Of a DNA stretch of 64,000 bases, positions 11,201 through 22,908 are shown piece by piece (the stretch's first letter is position 1; each line of letters begins with the position of its first letter). Source of the DNA: Tubulanus polymorphus (Eukaryota; Animalia; Nemertea). The translations under genes were made by a program, and so were the position numbers. Under the pieces are notes generated by a model. The model did no database searches and was not told the DNA's origin. It worked only from the letters and a program-made list of their open reading frames with translations. The stretch spans positions 1 through 64,000 of the forward strand of contig NC_134030.1 in the NCBI RefSeq assembly GCF_964204645.1. Reading direction: 5' to 3'.

Positions 11201-14200
11201 CCTCACTGGTTGTCGCAGGGAGGTGGTACAGGTGAGGGAGGTTACCACCTCACTGGTTGTCGCAGGGAGGTGGTACAGGTGAGGGAGGTTACCACCTCAC
11301 TGGTTGTCGCAGGGAGGTGGTACAGGTGAGGGAGGTTACCACCTCACTGGTTGTCGCAGGGAGGTGGTAGAGGTGAGGGAGGTTACCACCTCACTGGTTG
11401 TCGCAGGGAGGTGGTACAGGTGAGGGAGGTTACCACCTCACTGGTTGTCGCAGGGAGGTGGTACAGGTGAGGGAGGTTACCACCTCACTGGTTGTCGCAG
11501 GGAGGTGGTAGAGGTGAGGGAGGTTACCACCTCACTGGTTGTCGCAGGAAGGTGGTAGAGGTGAGGGAGGTAACCACCTCACTGGTTGTCGCAGGGAGGT
11601 GGTAGAGGGGAGGGAGGTTATCACCTCACTGGTTGTCGCAGGGAGGTGGTAGAGGGGAGGGAGGTTACCACCTCACTGGCTGTCGCAGGGAGGTGGTAGA
11701 GGTGAGGGAGGTTACCACCTCACTGGTTGTCGCAGGAAGGTGGTAGAGGTGAGGGAGGTTACCACCTCACTGGTTGTCGCAGGGAGGTGGTAGAGGGGAG
11801 GGAGGTTACCACCTCACTGGCTGTCGCAGGGAGGTGGTAGAGGTGAGGGAGGTTACCACCTCACTGGTTGTCGCAGGGAGGTGGTACAGGTGAGGGAGGT
11901 TACCACCTCACTGGTTGTCGCAGGGAGGTGGTAGAGGGGAGGGAGGTTACCACCTCACTGGCTGTCGCAGGGAGGTGGTACAGGTGAGGGAGGTAACCAC
12001 CTCACTGGTTGTCGCAGGAAGGTGGTAGAGGTGAGGGAGGTTACCACCTCACTGGTTGTCGCAGGGAGGTGGTAGAGGTGAGGGAGGTAACCACCTCACT
12101 GGTTGTCGCAGGGAGGTGGTACAGGTGAGGGAGGTTACCACCTCACTGGTTGTCGCAGGAAGGTGGTAGAGGTGAGGGAGGTTACCACCTCACTGGTTGT
12201 CGCAGGGAGGTGGTAGAGGGGAGGGAGGTTACCACCTCACTGGTTGTCGCAGGGAGGTGGTAGAGGTGAGGGAGGTTACCACCTCACTGGTTGTCGCAGG
12301 GAGGTGGTACAGGTGAGGGAGGTTACCACCTCACTGGCTGTCGCAGGGAGGTGGTAGAGGTGAGGGAGGTTACCACCTCACTGGTTGTCGCAGGGAGGTG
12401 GTAGAGGTGAGGGAGGTTACCACCTCACTGGTTGTCGCAGGGAGGTGGTACAGGTGAGGGAGGTTACCACCTCACTGGTTGTCGCAGGGAGGTGGTAGAG
12501 GTGAGGGAGGTTACCACCTCACTGGTTGTCGCAGGGGGGTGGTAGAGGTGAGGGAGGTTACCACCTCACTGGTTGTCGCAGGGAGGTGGTACAGGTGAGG
12601 GAGGTTACCACCTCACTGGTTGTCGCAGGGAGGTGGTAGAGGTGAGGGAGGTTACCACCTCACTGGTTGTCGCAGGGAGGTGGTACAGGTGAGGGAGGTT
12701 ACCACCTCACTGGTTGTCGCAGGGAGGTGGTAGAGGTGAGGGAGGTAACCACCTCACTGGTTGTCGCAGGGAGGTGGTACAGGTGAGGGAGGTTACCACC
12801 TCACTGGTTGTCGCAGGGGGGTGGTAGAGGTGAGGGAGGTTACCACCTCACTGGTTGTCGCAGGGGGGTGGTAGAGGTGAGGGAGGTTACCACCTCACTG
12901 GTTGTCGCAGGGAGGTGGTACAGGTGAGGGAGGTTACCACCTCACTGGTTGTCGCAGGGAGGTGGTACAGGTGAGGGAGGTTACCACCTCACTGGTTGTC
13001 GCAGGGAGGTGGTAGAGGTGAGGGAGGTAACCACCTCACTGGTTGTCGCAGGGAGGTGGTACAGGTGAGGGAGGTTACCACCTCACTGGTTGTCGCAGGG
13101 GGGTGGTACAGGTGAGGGAGGTTACCACCTCACTGGTTGTCGCAGGGAGGTGGTAGAGGTGAGGGAGGTTACCACCTCACTGGTTGTCGCAGGGAGGTGG
13201 TACAGGTGAGGGAGGTTACCACCTCACTGGTTGTCGCAGGGAGGTGGTACAGGTGAGGGAGGTTACCACCTCACTGGTTGTCGCAGGGGGGTGGTACAGG
13301 TGAGGGAGGTTACCACCTCACTGGTTGTCGCAGGGAGGTGGTAGAGGTGAGGGAGGTTACCACCTCACTGGTTGTCGCAGGGGGGTGGTAGAGGTGAGGG
13401 AGGTTACCACCTCACTGGTTGTCGCAGGGAGGTGGTACAGGTGAGGGAGGTTACCACCTCACTGGTTGTCGCAGGGAGGTGGTACAGGTGAGGGAGGTTA
13501 CCACCTCACTGGTTGTCGCAGGGAGGTGGTACAGGTGAGAGAGGTTACCACCTCACTGGTTGTCGCAGGGAGGTGGTACAGGTGAGGGAGGTTACCACCT
13601 CACTGGTTGTCGCAGGGGGGTGGTAGAGGTGAGGGAGGTAACCACCTCACTGGTTGTCGCAGGGAGGTGGTACAGGTGAGGGAGGTTACCACCTCACTGG
13701 TTGTCGCAGGGAGGTGGTACAGGTGAGGGAGGTTACCACCTCACTGGTTGTCGCAGGGAGGTGGTAGAGGTGAGGGAGGTTACCACCTCACTGGTTGTCG
13801 CAGGGAGGTGGTACAGGTGAGGGAGGTTACCACCTCACTGGTTGTCGCAGGGAGGTGGTACAGGTGAGGGAGGTTACCACCTCACTGGTTGTCGCAGGGG
13901 GGTGGTACAGGTGAGGGAGGTTACCACCTCACTGGTTGTCGCAGGGAGGTGGTAGAGGTGAGGGAGGTTACCACCTCACTGGTTGTCGCAGGGAGGTGGT
14001 AGAGGTGAGGGAGGTTACCACCTCACTGGTTGTCGCAGGGAGGTGGTACAGGTGAGGGAGGTTACCACCTCACTGGTTGTCGCAGGGAGGTGGTACAGGT
14101 GAGGGAGGTTACCACCTCACTGGTTGTCGCAGGGAGGTGGTAGAGGTGAGGGAGGTAACCACCTCACTGGTTGTCGCAGGGGGGTGGTAGAGGTGAGGGA

Positions 14201-14781
14201 GGTAACCACCTCACTGGTTGTCGCAGGGAGGTGGTACAGGTGAGGGAGGTTACCACCTCACTGGTTGTCGTAGGGAGGTGGTACAGGTGAGAGAGGTAAC
14301 CACCTCACTGGTTGTCGCAGGGAGGTGGTACAGGTGAGGGAGGTTACCACCTCACTGGTTGTCGCAGGGAGGTGGTAGAGGTGAGGGAGGTTACCACCTC
14401 ACTGGTTGTCGCAGGGAGGTGGTAGAGGTGAGGGAGGTTACCACCTCACTGGTTGTCGCAGGGAGGTGGTACAGGTGAGGGAGGTTACCACCTCACTGGT
14501 TGTCGCAGGGAGGTGGTACAGGTGAGGGAGATTACCACCTCACTGGTTGTCGCAGGGAGGTGGTACAGGTGAGGGAGGTTACCACCTCACTGGTTGTCGC
14601 AGGGAGGTGGTACAGGTGAGGGAGGTTACCACCTCACTGGTTGTCGCAGGGAGGTGGTAGAGGTGAGAGAGGTTACCACCTCACTGGTTGTCGCAGGGAG
14701 GTGGTACAGGTGAGGGAGGTTACCACCTCACTGGTTGTCGCAGGGAGGTGGTACAGGTGAGGGAGGTTACCACCTCACTGG
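8294..14781. repeat. 47-bp satellite array (~138 copies, 6.5 kb)
   Basis: (ggttgtcgcagggaggtggtacaggtgagggaggttaccacctcact)n with a few recurrent variant positions. Confidence 0.98.
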
Positions 14782-15581
14782 TCAGCAGCATTTTTCTAAT
14801 CAATTTTTCTATTGTATTCTCTTCTAATATTTTTATTTCCTGTATTATTAAAGGTGTCACGTTTAAAAACAAATGGCGGCCAAAATTAGTGGCTCCACGT
14901 ATGTATTATTACCGGATAGTATAGATGTGTGACCTTGACCTTGAATATGAATTGTGTGGGCATGACCTTGAATATATAGAAACTCGTTGTATGACCTTGA
15001 ACTTCGGCTATATGGCTGCATGAATACATAATTCATCTCTCCTAGCAGCTGCCCTGACAGCAGCAGCAGCAGCAGCAGCTACAGCGATACCTGTGTGTGT
15101 GTGTGTGTCACGTGTGTGTTTGATGTGTCTTCCTGCGCCACCTGGGGACACTGATCCTTACTACTGACATAGGACAACAGCCATAAGCCATAAATAAGAT
15201 CAATCTTTGACCTCTTTAACCTCGATATATATCCCGTATAATTCGCAGCAGTGCCCCCTGGGGAGTATATCCCACACACTCGCCACCAGGGGTCGCGCAT
15301 CACTGTGTAGAATAGTGTAACTCTATCTATCGCAATGTATTTTGTTCTCTGTATAGAGACAATAGAGATGTTGATTTCTATTTAATCCGCCCCAACTCCC
15401 CTCTACCTGATGCTGCTCAAACACCACCCCCCCCCCCCGATTGTGAGTGGAACCACAGGGAGCAGTCATTATAATTGATGTATTCTATGTTTAGTCAAGT
15501 TGTTTAATTGTGTGTCATTCAGTGTCATTGTTTTAACCAGATATAAAACTATTCCTTGATTCATCTCTACACTCCGATACA

Positions 15582-15980
15582 GCTCCTTCATCCATCCCGC
15601 AGTATGGGCTCCTTCACCCATCCCGCGGTATGGGCTCCTTCATCCATCCCGCGGTATGGGCTCCTTCATCCATCCCGCGGTATGGGCTCCTTCATCCATC
15701 CCGCGGTATGGGCTCCTTCATCCATCCCGCGGTATGGGCTCCTTCATCCATCCCGCGGTATGGGCTCCTTCATCCATCCCGCGGTATGGGCTCCTTCACC
15801 CATCCCGCGGTATGGGCTCCTTCATCCATCCCGCGGTATAGGCTCCTTCATCCATCCCGCGGTATGGGCTCCTTCATCCATCCCGCGGTATGGGCTCCTT
15901 CATCCATCCCGCGGTATGGGCTCCTTCACCCATCCCGCAGTATGGGCTCCTTCATCCATCCCGCAGTATGGGCTCCTTCA
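15582..15980. repeat. 26-bp minisatellite
   Basis: (ggctccttcatccatcccgcggtatg)n, ~15 copies. Confidence 0.95.
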
Positions 15981-16224
15981 TGATGTGAGAACGAGCTGAA
16001 TGGAGTGTAGTTATAGATGTTGGCTCCTTGAATAAGAGTGTTGAGGAGCTGATACGGGTTCCTCAAGTGCCGCCTCGAGAAGTAGAGGAGTAATATCTGA
16101 TTTGTGTTAATGCAAACTATCTAAACTCAATTGACTGATCTTGTTTATATATCTAATAGATTTCATGTTTGACTCACAGTGGAAATAAATTAACAACTGT
16201 ATTTGTTTTTCTCTATTTCTGCAG

Positions 16225-16439
16225 GTGCGGCACCATCCCCACATCCGGGTATTCAACTAGCGAATATAATACTAGGAATAATTACTCAAACTATTTTCAT
16301 GTTTGTTTTTCTATTGATTATATTTTATTGTATCGCGTATATACTGTTACAGTATTGTCCCTGTTTATCGGGTATAAACAGCAGCAAGATGAAACCATCC
16401 GATACCTCTGACACCGATTCTTTATTATACCGCCGCTAG
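16225..16439 (+). CDS. Putative terminal exon A of a small membrane protein (TM helix + Cys)
   Basis: Acceptor tttctgcag; phase 1; GAAPSPHPGIQLANIILGIITQTIFMFVFLLIIFYCIAYILLQYCPCLSG...LLYRR*; aligns without gaps to exon B. Confidence 0.55.
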
Positions 16440-16605
16440 GGGGCGTTAAATCATTTTCTTCCTTTGACAGCCGCAGTCGTAGTTTCGATCGATATTCTTT
16501 TTTTGTTTTATATTCATTTGTTCAGTTATTGATTTATTTATGTTTTTTTTATAGTTTTTCCTCATTTTTATTGTTTTATTTATTTATATTTTTTATTATC
16601 AACAG

Positions 16606-16754
16606 GTCCTAAACAGGAACCCAGTGAACCCGACGAACCCTTACCGCCGGTTGCTATGTTCGGAATATTCATAGAGACTATTTTTGTTCTCGGGTTTATA
16701 GTTACTACGTTTTGTTGCTGTGGTTACGGGATGATGAAATTCTTTGGTTGCTGA
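16606..16754 (+). CDS. Putative terminal exon B of a small membrane protein (TM helix + Cys cluster)
   Basis: T-rich tract and aacag acceptor; phase 1; GPKQEPSEPDEPLPPVAMFGIFIETIFVLGFIVTTFCCCGYGMMKFFGC*; AATAAA ~17059. Confidence 0.6.
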
Positions 16755-18565
16755 TGACTTTTTATTTTTCGTCTTTTATTATTTTATCGAATATTATTAT
16801 CTTAAATATTTGTGTGAAATTCCGTGCGTATTTTAGCAAAAAAATGTTTTGATTTCTCACAAAATAGCAAAACGCTATCAGGTTCGAATCCCACCGTATT
16901 GATAGTATTTATGCATATGCAGTATATAGATGGCGTATCGGTGAACACTGACGTGCCAGTGGTTGTTCCGTTTGTTTTATGCAAAAAATCGAAATAATGA
17001 CGTCGTATTGAAATCGATTATAGTTTGTATTTAATATATTTATGTAAAACGAGTTGAAAATAAAATGTTAGTTTAATGTATTTCAATGGGTTTCTTGTTT
17101 AACTGAATGGTTTGGAGTCGTTAGGCTTCAGCACTTTTCGGCACTTTTCTGGTGCGGCCCAAAATTGGGGGTAGGGGGCACTTTTCATCGTATTGCCTAA
17201 TAGACATGGTAACACCACGTGATACGTGAAACGATCACAATAACAGACATGGATGGACTGGACCAGTGGACGGACTGGACCAGTGGACGGACTGGACCAG
17301 TACACGTGATATAACACTAAACTAACATCAAAAATCGTATTTAACATATTGAGATTTATCTTTAAAAATCTTTATCAAGAGAATGATTTTATTAGATAAA
17401 GCAATAGCGTTGATGAAATCGGCGATTGACACAAGTGACCGTCTAGTGGTGCCTCTTATGATAACACTAGCGGGAAAAACGTGAACTAACGTAATACTCG
17501 CTTACCACAAAGTCTTACAGTCGTGGTGGAATCCATGAAACTTCTTACAGGATTTAGTTCCACAGTGGAGAGTTTGCTATGTGGAATGAGAGTAATGGCC
17601 GTGTTTATAACCTATGTTAATTATCTCCCCGCAAAAATATGGAAAGAACTAAAGGAAGTTTTTGACAATCTGCTGCGGAGTGATCCGAGCCTGATGGCAT
17701 GAACACTTTATTCTGAGAAATAATTATTGCAAAGAGTCACCAAAATAAAGTTCTCATTTAGAATTTAGGACAGGGCATAGTTTGTTAGAATCAGGCGCCA
17801 ACAGGCCGGGTATCATACGTGATAAGTAAATTCATATTCTAGCGGTAAATATTTTAGTTCACAGAAATTCCGCTATCGTTATTCATAGGGGCAGCACTGA
17901 ACGGTTGAGATTTAATACAGCCTCGCAAGTCTACTTTGGCATGTGAGGAATACTGCAACTTTTTTGGTCAGATTTCATACATTACTCAACAGTAGTTCAT
18001 TTCAAATTCATAATTGTTTCAACTTTAAACTTTTATTTAAGGGGAATGTGCTTTTTAAATTGTTTTTCAACCCCTTTTGAATGAAACTCTTTGCTCGGCG
18101 AAAGTATTGCCATCCGGTAAAGCGGTAGACTCACATGCCACAGGAAGAATTTAAACAAAATCAATTTTAATCTCGAAATTTTCAGACCATAAACTATGAT
18201 AATCAATACAGTTGTTTTCCTCAGATCTGACAGGACAAATAAATTCACTCTTATGCTGTCACTGCTTGGCTTTATATTGTTTGATCAACATCTACAATGT
18301 AGCTACATGTTTTTTTCTCTCCTCTCCCTTTCTCTCCTCTCTGTTGTTTCCTCTCCCCTCCCTCCCTTTCTCTCCTCTCTGTTGTTTCCTCTCCCCTCCC
18401 TCCCTCTCTTTTTCTCTGCCTTTCCCTCTCTCCTTCCTCTCCTCTCTCTCCCTCCCTCGAGCTGAATTCACATGAAACAAAAGAAAGAATTAGATATTTG
18501 AAGATGAACAGTTTATTATACAATACAATACAGCAGTCTCACAGCGCCCCCTTTTAACAGCAGTC

Positions 18566-18777
18566 TTAACCGAGTAAAACCTTCTTTAATTTCTTCCTAG
18601 CGATTTCATCTAAATCATCAGTCTCTGATTCGCTGCTGCTGCTACTGTTGCTATAGGCAACTGATGGTTTTTTAATAGTACACGTAACCGAGCAGAGATA
18701 CTGTAACAATGGCAACCGATATTTACCGCAAAAATCAACGAATTTCACGTGTTCCACGTGTGATGAAAAATAAACAC
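18566..18777 (-). CDS. LRRC58: Leucine-rich repeat-containing protein 58, exon 4 (last)
   Basis: Acceptor ttatttcag; GVYFSSHVEHVKFVDFCGKYRLPLLQYLCS...KKVLLG*, characteristic LRRC58 C-terminus. Confidence 0.92.
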
Positions 18778-18805
18778 CTGAAATAATAATAACAATGATA
18801 AACAC

Positions 18806-19690
18806 AGGGGGATACTCCAGTCCGGACCAGGGGATACTCCAGTCCGGAGCAGGGGGATACTCCAGTCCGGCCCAGGTGATACTCCAGTCCGAACCAGGGG
18901 GATACTCCAGTCCAGCCCAGGGGATACTCCAGTCCGGCCCAGGGGATACTCCAGTCCGGCCCAGGGGATACTCCGGTCCGGCCCAGGGGATACTCCGGTC
19001 CAGACCAGGGGGATACTCCAGTCCCGACCAGGGGATACTCCGGTCCGGACCAGGGGGATACTCCAGTCCCGACCAGGGGATACTCCAGTCCGGACCAGGG
19101 GGATACTCCAGTCCCGACCAGGGGATACTCCAGTCCGGACCAGGGGGATACTCCAGTCCCGACCAGGGGATACTCCAGTCCGGACCAGGGGGATACTCCA
19201 GTCCCGACCAGGGGGATACTGCGGTCCGGACCAGGAGGGGATACTCCAGTCCCGACCAGGGGATACTCCGGTCCAGACCAGGAGGGATACTGCGGTCCGG
19301 ACCAGGGGGATACTCCAGTCCCGACCAGAAGATACTCCAGTCCGGCCCAGGGGATACTCCAGTCCGGCCCAGGGGATACTCCAGTCCCGACCAGGGGATA
19401 CTCCAGTCCGGAGCAGGGGGATACTCCAGTCCGGCCCAGGTGATACTCCAGTCCGAACCAGGGGGATACTCCAGTCCAGCCCAGGGGATACTCCAGTCCG
19501 GCCCAGGGGATACTCCAGTCCCGACCAGGGGATACTCCAGTCCGGCCCAGGGGATACTCCAGTCCGGACCAGGGGGGATACTCCGGTCCGGACCAGGGGG
19601 ATACTCCAGTCCCGACCAGGGGGATACTGCGGTCTGGACCCGGAGGGGATACTCCGGTCCGGACCAGGGGATACTCCGGTCCGATCTAGG
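18806..19690. repeat. 21-23-bp minisatellite filling LRRC58 intron 3
   Basis: (ggggatactccagtccggacca)-type units. Confidence 0.95.
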
Positions 19691-19710
19691 GACAAGGGGG
19701 AGATACATAC

Positions 19711-19868
19711 CTTTACACCTTGGATTCACACATCTTTGAGCTGATTTCAAATAATCTATTAAATTTCTCGGTAGATCAGCTGCTGTATATTGTATGTTAT
19801 TAGTTTTAACAATGCGTCCGGCTAATTCTAACAATGACGGCATTTCAGGTGGAAGATCTCTTACAAAC
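19711..19868 (-). CDS. LRRC58: LRRC58 exon 3 (BC-box-like PSLLELAGR; CVNPRCK)
   Basis: tgtag acceptor and GTATGT donor; phases 2/1 fit the neighbouring exons. Confidence 0.92.
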
Positions 19869-19947
19869 CTACAATATATATATATACATTTAACTGTAAC
19901 ACTGCAGCTCTCCACCAGGTGGCATAAGTGTGCAGTAGGATACTAAC

Positions 19948-20193
19948 CTGACGACTAGAGGATTATTACGTAAACTGAGTTCTATTAAATCTAATGAAGC
20001 CACAGCTGGAGGAAGAGTTTGTAGTTGATTATTGTGTAGACTTAAAGAGCGTAGATTACGTAGATGAGATAGTGTTGTAGGTAGAGTCTGTATCGCGTTA
20101 TCGCACAGTACCAGCGACTCCAGACACGACAGGTGACCTAATTCAGCCGGAACTTCTATCAATTCATTACCACCGACATATAGGTGGCGCAAT
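19948..20193 (-). CDS. LRRC58: LRRC58 exon 2 (LRRs)
   Basis: tttgcag acceptor and GTTAGT donor; LRHLYVGGNELIEVP...LSLRNNPLVVR. Confidence 0.92.
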
Positions 20194-20557
20194 CTGCAAA
20201 TAAAAACAATATCTAATTCAAACCCTGCACACAGTAAGTTCCACACTAGATCCACAGTTTTAAGTCCACTTCCACAGTTTGAACAGGTTCCACAGTGAAT
20301 GGCTCCACAGTTCTGTCCACGCCTGTATCCACAACTGTGAAACTTCCATATCTATACCACCAGGTTCCACAGTGGATAGATCCACTGTACCTCGTACTGG
20401 TCCTGTCTGTGTTAACAAGCCGACAAGTACTGAACTGATTTATAAACTGTAAGCCCAGTTTCAAAGTTTAACTCGACTTATCGGTGTAATTCAGATCCAC
20501 TTTAGACCATGTAGAAGTGAGCGTGGATGATGTGGAACAATAGAGGTGGATACTTAC

Positions 20558-21054
20558 AGAGATAGTTGATATATTTGACTAGGAATCTTCACTATCTTAT
20601 TCGCTCCGAGATGAAGACATTTTAATGAACTCAATTCTAATATTTGAGGTGGAAATTCTGTAAAATTATTTCCGCCGAAATTCACGACTTCCAACGATTT
20701 CACGAGTCCGAATTGTTTCGGTAAACTGTCTAAAGTCAATCCGTTATTTTTAGCGATTAGAACTTTCAACTGATTCAATTTGACGAATTCATCCGTTAAA
20801 TACGTGATACTATTATTACTGATATCTAGATACGTTAAATTGACGAATGAACCGATAAGTCCGGGTAACATGTTTAAATTGTTATGATTTAGTTTCAGAT
20901 ATTTCAATGTTTCTGATCGATGCTGATGTAACCACTGCGGGAAGCTGATCAGTTCTGTATACGATAAATCCTCTGTTTCATCCTCTTTCTCAATCCAGTA
21001 ACTTTCCTCCATTGTTCGCGCCGTTTGTTTCACTTCACTAAAATCCGTCATCAT
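20558..21054 (-). CDS. LRRC58: LRRC58 exon 1 (LRRs)
   Basis: LxxLxLxxNxL repeats; GTAAGT donor at 20557, phase 2; start could also be the later Met (MEES). Confidence 0.9.
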
Positions 21055-21871
21055 TCGAGTAATTTATTTTTTGGGGGTCCGAAGTCCTGAATTGACGCGC
21101 TCAGCCCACTGATCATCTATACCCTACGTGATCAACATTCCCGGAAATTCCCACCACTTACTCACTAGGTCAAGGCAGCACGTCAATTCAATTTTAATTT
21201 ATTCACAGCTGTTTGATAGAAATTGTATAATTGCATAAAAATCAACGGCTATAACTTAAAAAGCGATCTGAAACCCGTAGAAATCTACAAAAATAAAAAC
21301 ATAATTGTTTTCAACTCAATCCAATCACCACTTTATTGAAACAAATAAACTTTTTTTAAAATCTTTCCTTGTGAAAAAAAACAGACTGAAAATTACAACA
21401 ACGATTTCTATTAAAAGAAAAACTATATTTAAAATATCTACAGGCACATAATCAAAACCTATATGTTTTTCAGTTTAGCAAAACATCACGAGATGGCAGC
21501 ACCTATGGGTGAAATATCAATTCAAATTCATTTTTTTTATTTACAATCGCAGTGTGATGTAATGTAAGTGTTCTAAAGTTGAAATTTAACTCATATCGAA
21601 GGAATGTGTTTAAATCATTGTTTTTGTTTTTATTTTCTTAGAGAGGCAGGTGAGAAGTGATGATGAAGAGACCCCTTTTCGCTCCGTAACTCCTCCTGTC
21701 CAGCCCGGCCGCGCCAGCCAGGACCAGCAAGCAAGCAGCGGTCCAACACTAGCCTGGACAACCGGACCAGGTCCAGCACTAGCTGGACCAGGACCAGCAA
21801 GTCCAGCACCTGAGCACTAGCCCGGATCAGATCGATTCCACAATCTCAGATAATGATTAACAGTAAGAAGG

Positions 21872-21908
21872 ATGATAACAGGTTTTAGACATCGACTGCG
21901 TAAAGCAG
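21872..21908 (+). CDS. Membrane RING-H2 E3 ligase, predicted coding exon 1
   Basis: MITGFRHRLRKA+G, then donor GTCAGT; phase 1 matches the acceptor at 22896. Confidence 0.55.
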
Positions 21909-22192
21909 GTCAGTATCACCCACCCCACCCAAAATCCACCCCAACCAACCCCCGGCCCTACAGGTCAGTATCACCCACCCGACCCCACCCCCGGCCCTAC
22001 AGGTCAGTATCACCCACCCCACCCAACCCCCGGCCCTACAGGTCAGTATCACCCACCCCACCCCACCCCACCTCCGGCCCTACAGGTCAGTATCACCCAC
22101 CCTACCCAACCCAACCCAACCCAACCCCCGGCTCCACCGGTCAGTATCACCCACCCCTCCCCACCCCCGGCCCTACAGGTCGGTATCACCTG
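21905..22192. repeat. Degenerate tandem repeat of the 5' splice site
   Basis: ~7 copies of caggtcagtatcacccacccc...ccggcccta. Confidence 0.85.
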
Positions 22193-22206
22193 CGTCCCCC
22201 TCCCCC

Positions 22207-22908
22207 TGTTTATTTTACAGGTTGTTGTTTATTGTTTATTTTACAGGTTGTTGTTTACTGTTTATTTTACAGGTTGTTGTTTATTGTTTATTTTACAGGT
22301 TGTTGTTTATTGTTTATTTTACAGGTTGTTGTTTATTGTTTATTTTACAGGTTGTTGTTTACTGTTTATTTTACAGGTTGTTGTTTATTGTTTATTTTAC
22401 AGGTTGTTGTTTATTGTTTATTTTACAGGTTGTTGTTTACTGTTTATTTTACAGGTTGTTGTTTACTGTTTATTTTACAGGTTGTTGTTTATTGTTTATT
22501 TTACAGGTTGTTGTTTATTGTTTATTTTACAGGTTGTTGTTTACTGTTTATTTTACAGGTTGTTGTTTACTGTTTATTTTACAGGTTGTTGTTTACTGTT
22601 TATTTTACAGGTTGTTGTTTACTGTTTATTTTACAGGTTGTTGTTTATTGTTTATTTTACAGGTTGTTGTTTATGGTTTATTTTACAGGTTGTTGTTTAT
22701 TGTTTATTTTACAGGTTGTTGTTTATTGTTTATTTTACAGGTTGTTGTTTATTGTTTATTTTACAGGTTGTTGTTTACTGTTTATTTTACAGGTTGTTGT
22801 TTACTGTTTATTTTACAGGTTGTTGTTTACAGGTTGTTGTTTATTGTTTATTTTACAGGTTGTTGTTTATTTTACAGGTTGTTGTTTATTTTACAGGTTG
22901 TTGTTTAC
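22207..22908. repeat. 26-bp tandem repeat of the 3' splice site
   Basis: (tgtttattttacaggttgttgttta[t/c])n, ~28 copies. Confidence 0.95.

Noticed and set aside
8294-14781. CRISPR-like array (regular repeats with internal palindrome)
   Set aside because: Units are contiguous with no unique spacers, there are no cas genes, and the context is eukaryotic
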